Assembly (NCBI GenBank): GCA_038087875.1 | Contig: JAXLNO010000309.1 | Location: forward strand, 1 to 64,000 | Direction of reading: 5' to 3' | Origin: Malacoraja senta | Lineage: Eukaryota | Length of the DNA: 64,000 bases | The notes under the pieces: generated by a model | Told to the model about the DNA's origin: nothing | Database searches by the model: none | The model's input: the letters and a program-made list of their open reading frames with translations, nothing else | Made by a program: the position numbers and the translations under genes | In this document: positions 63,572-64,000 of the stretch, in pieces | Numbering within the stretch: the stretch's first letter is position 1 | How the letters are laid out: each line of letters opens with the position of its first letter

Positions 63572-64000
63572 ATGCGCCGGCGCGTTTCCCTGACACTGGG
63601 GCACTGGAGGGCATGTCGCGCAATGGGATGAATTGATGTTATATGAAATAATTTGTAATAGAATGAGTGATCTGCATACTAAATGCGAAAGAAAACGGAA
63701 TCGGCAATAGGAGCCGAAACATCATTAACGGTCCATAAACCATGGCCAGTGAAACATGGCCAAACATAATGCTACGTTAAATAAATCTCCTTTGGCTCCC
63801 CATGTTCCACATACCTCCATTCCCTACATATCAATGTGCCCATACAAATGTCCCTTAATTGCCTCAATGTAATCCAATTCCGCCACCACCCTCGGCAACA
63901 CGCCCTAGACTCCCTCCGACGTCTCTGTATAAAAATAACGCCCCGCATCCTCCTTTAAACACGAAACATTTACTCGCTCATCATACACCGGGGTCAAAGA

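Overview
Eukaryotic (vertebrate) genomic DNA, very probably a cartilaginous fish such as a skate or ray, inferred from the repeat families and gene types. It is repeat-rich and contains no prokaryotic features. The left two-thirds hold two tandem + strand TRIM genes of the RING/B-box/coiled-coil/B30.2 (PRY-SPRY) class. TRIM-A (exons 2-6, 1237-10895; exon 1 lies upstream of the window) has a phase problem at exon 5. TRIM-B (6 exons, 20656-42207) has a +1 frameshift between RING and B-box. The right third holds a - strand cluster of two-exon orphan rhodopsin-class GPCRs of the type usually annotated 'GPR139-like' in sharks and rays: one intact gene (48471-51576), a deleted fragment inside its intron, and a multiply frameshifted paralog (about 58290-59201). 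A strong CTCF-type motif (45540-45555) and an apparent switch to CpG-rich DNA separate the two gene blocks. Repeats include CR1 LINEs, Rex1/Babar-like remnants, tRNA-derived SINEs, Penelope-like (GIY-YIG) elements, two hAT MITEs, a Helitron-like end, a retroposon-tail-derived 52-bp minisatellite and long microsatellites. The Penelope terminal repeat carries a hammerhead-ribozyme-like core and appears to move on its own. Exon coordinates were read from splice signals by eye, and repeat boundaries are approximate.
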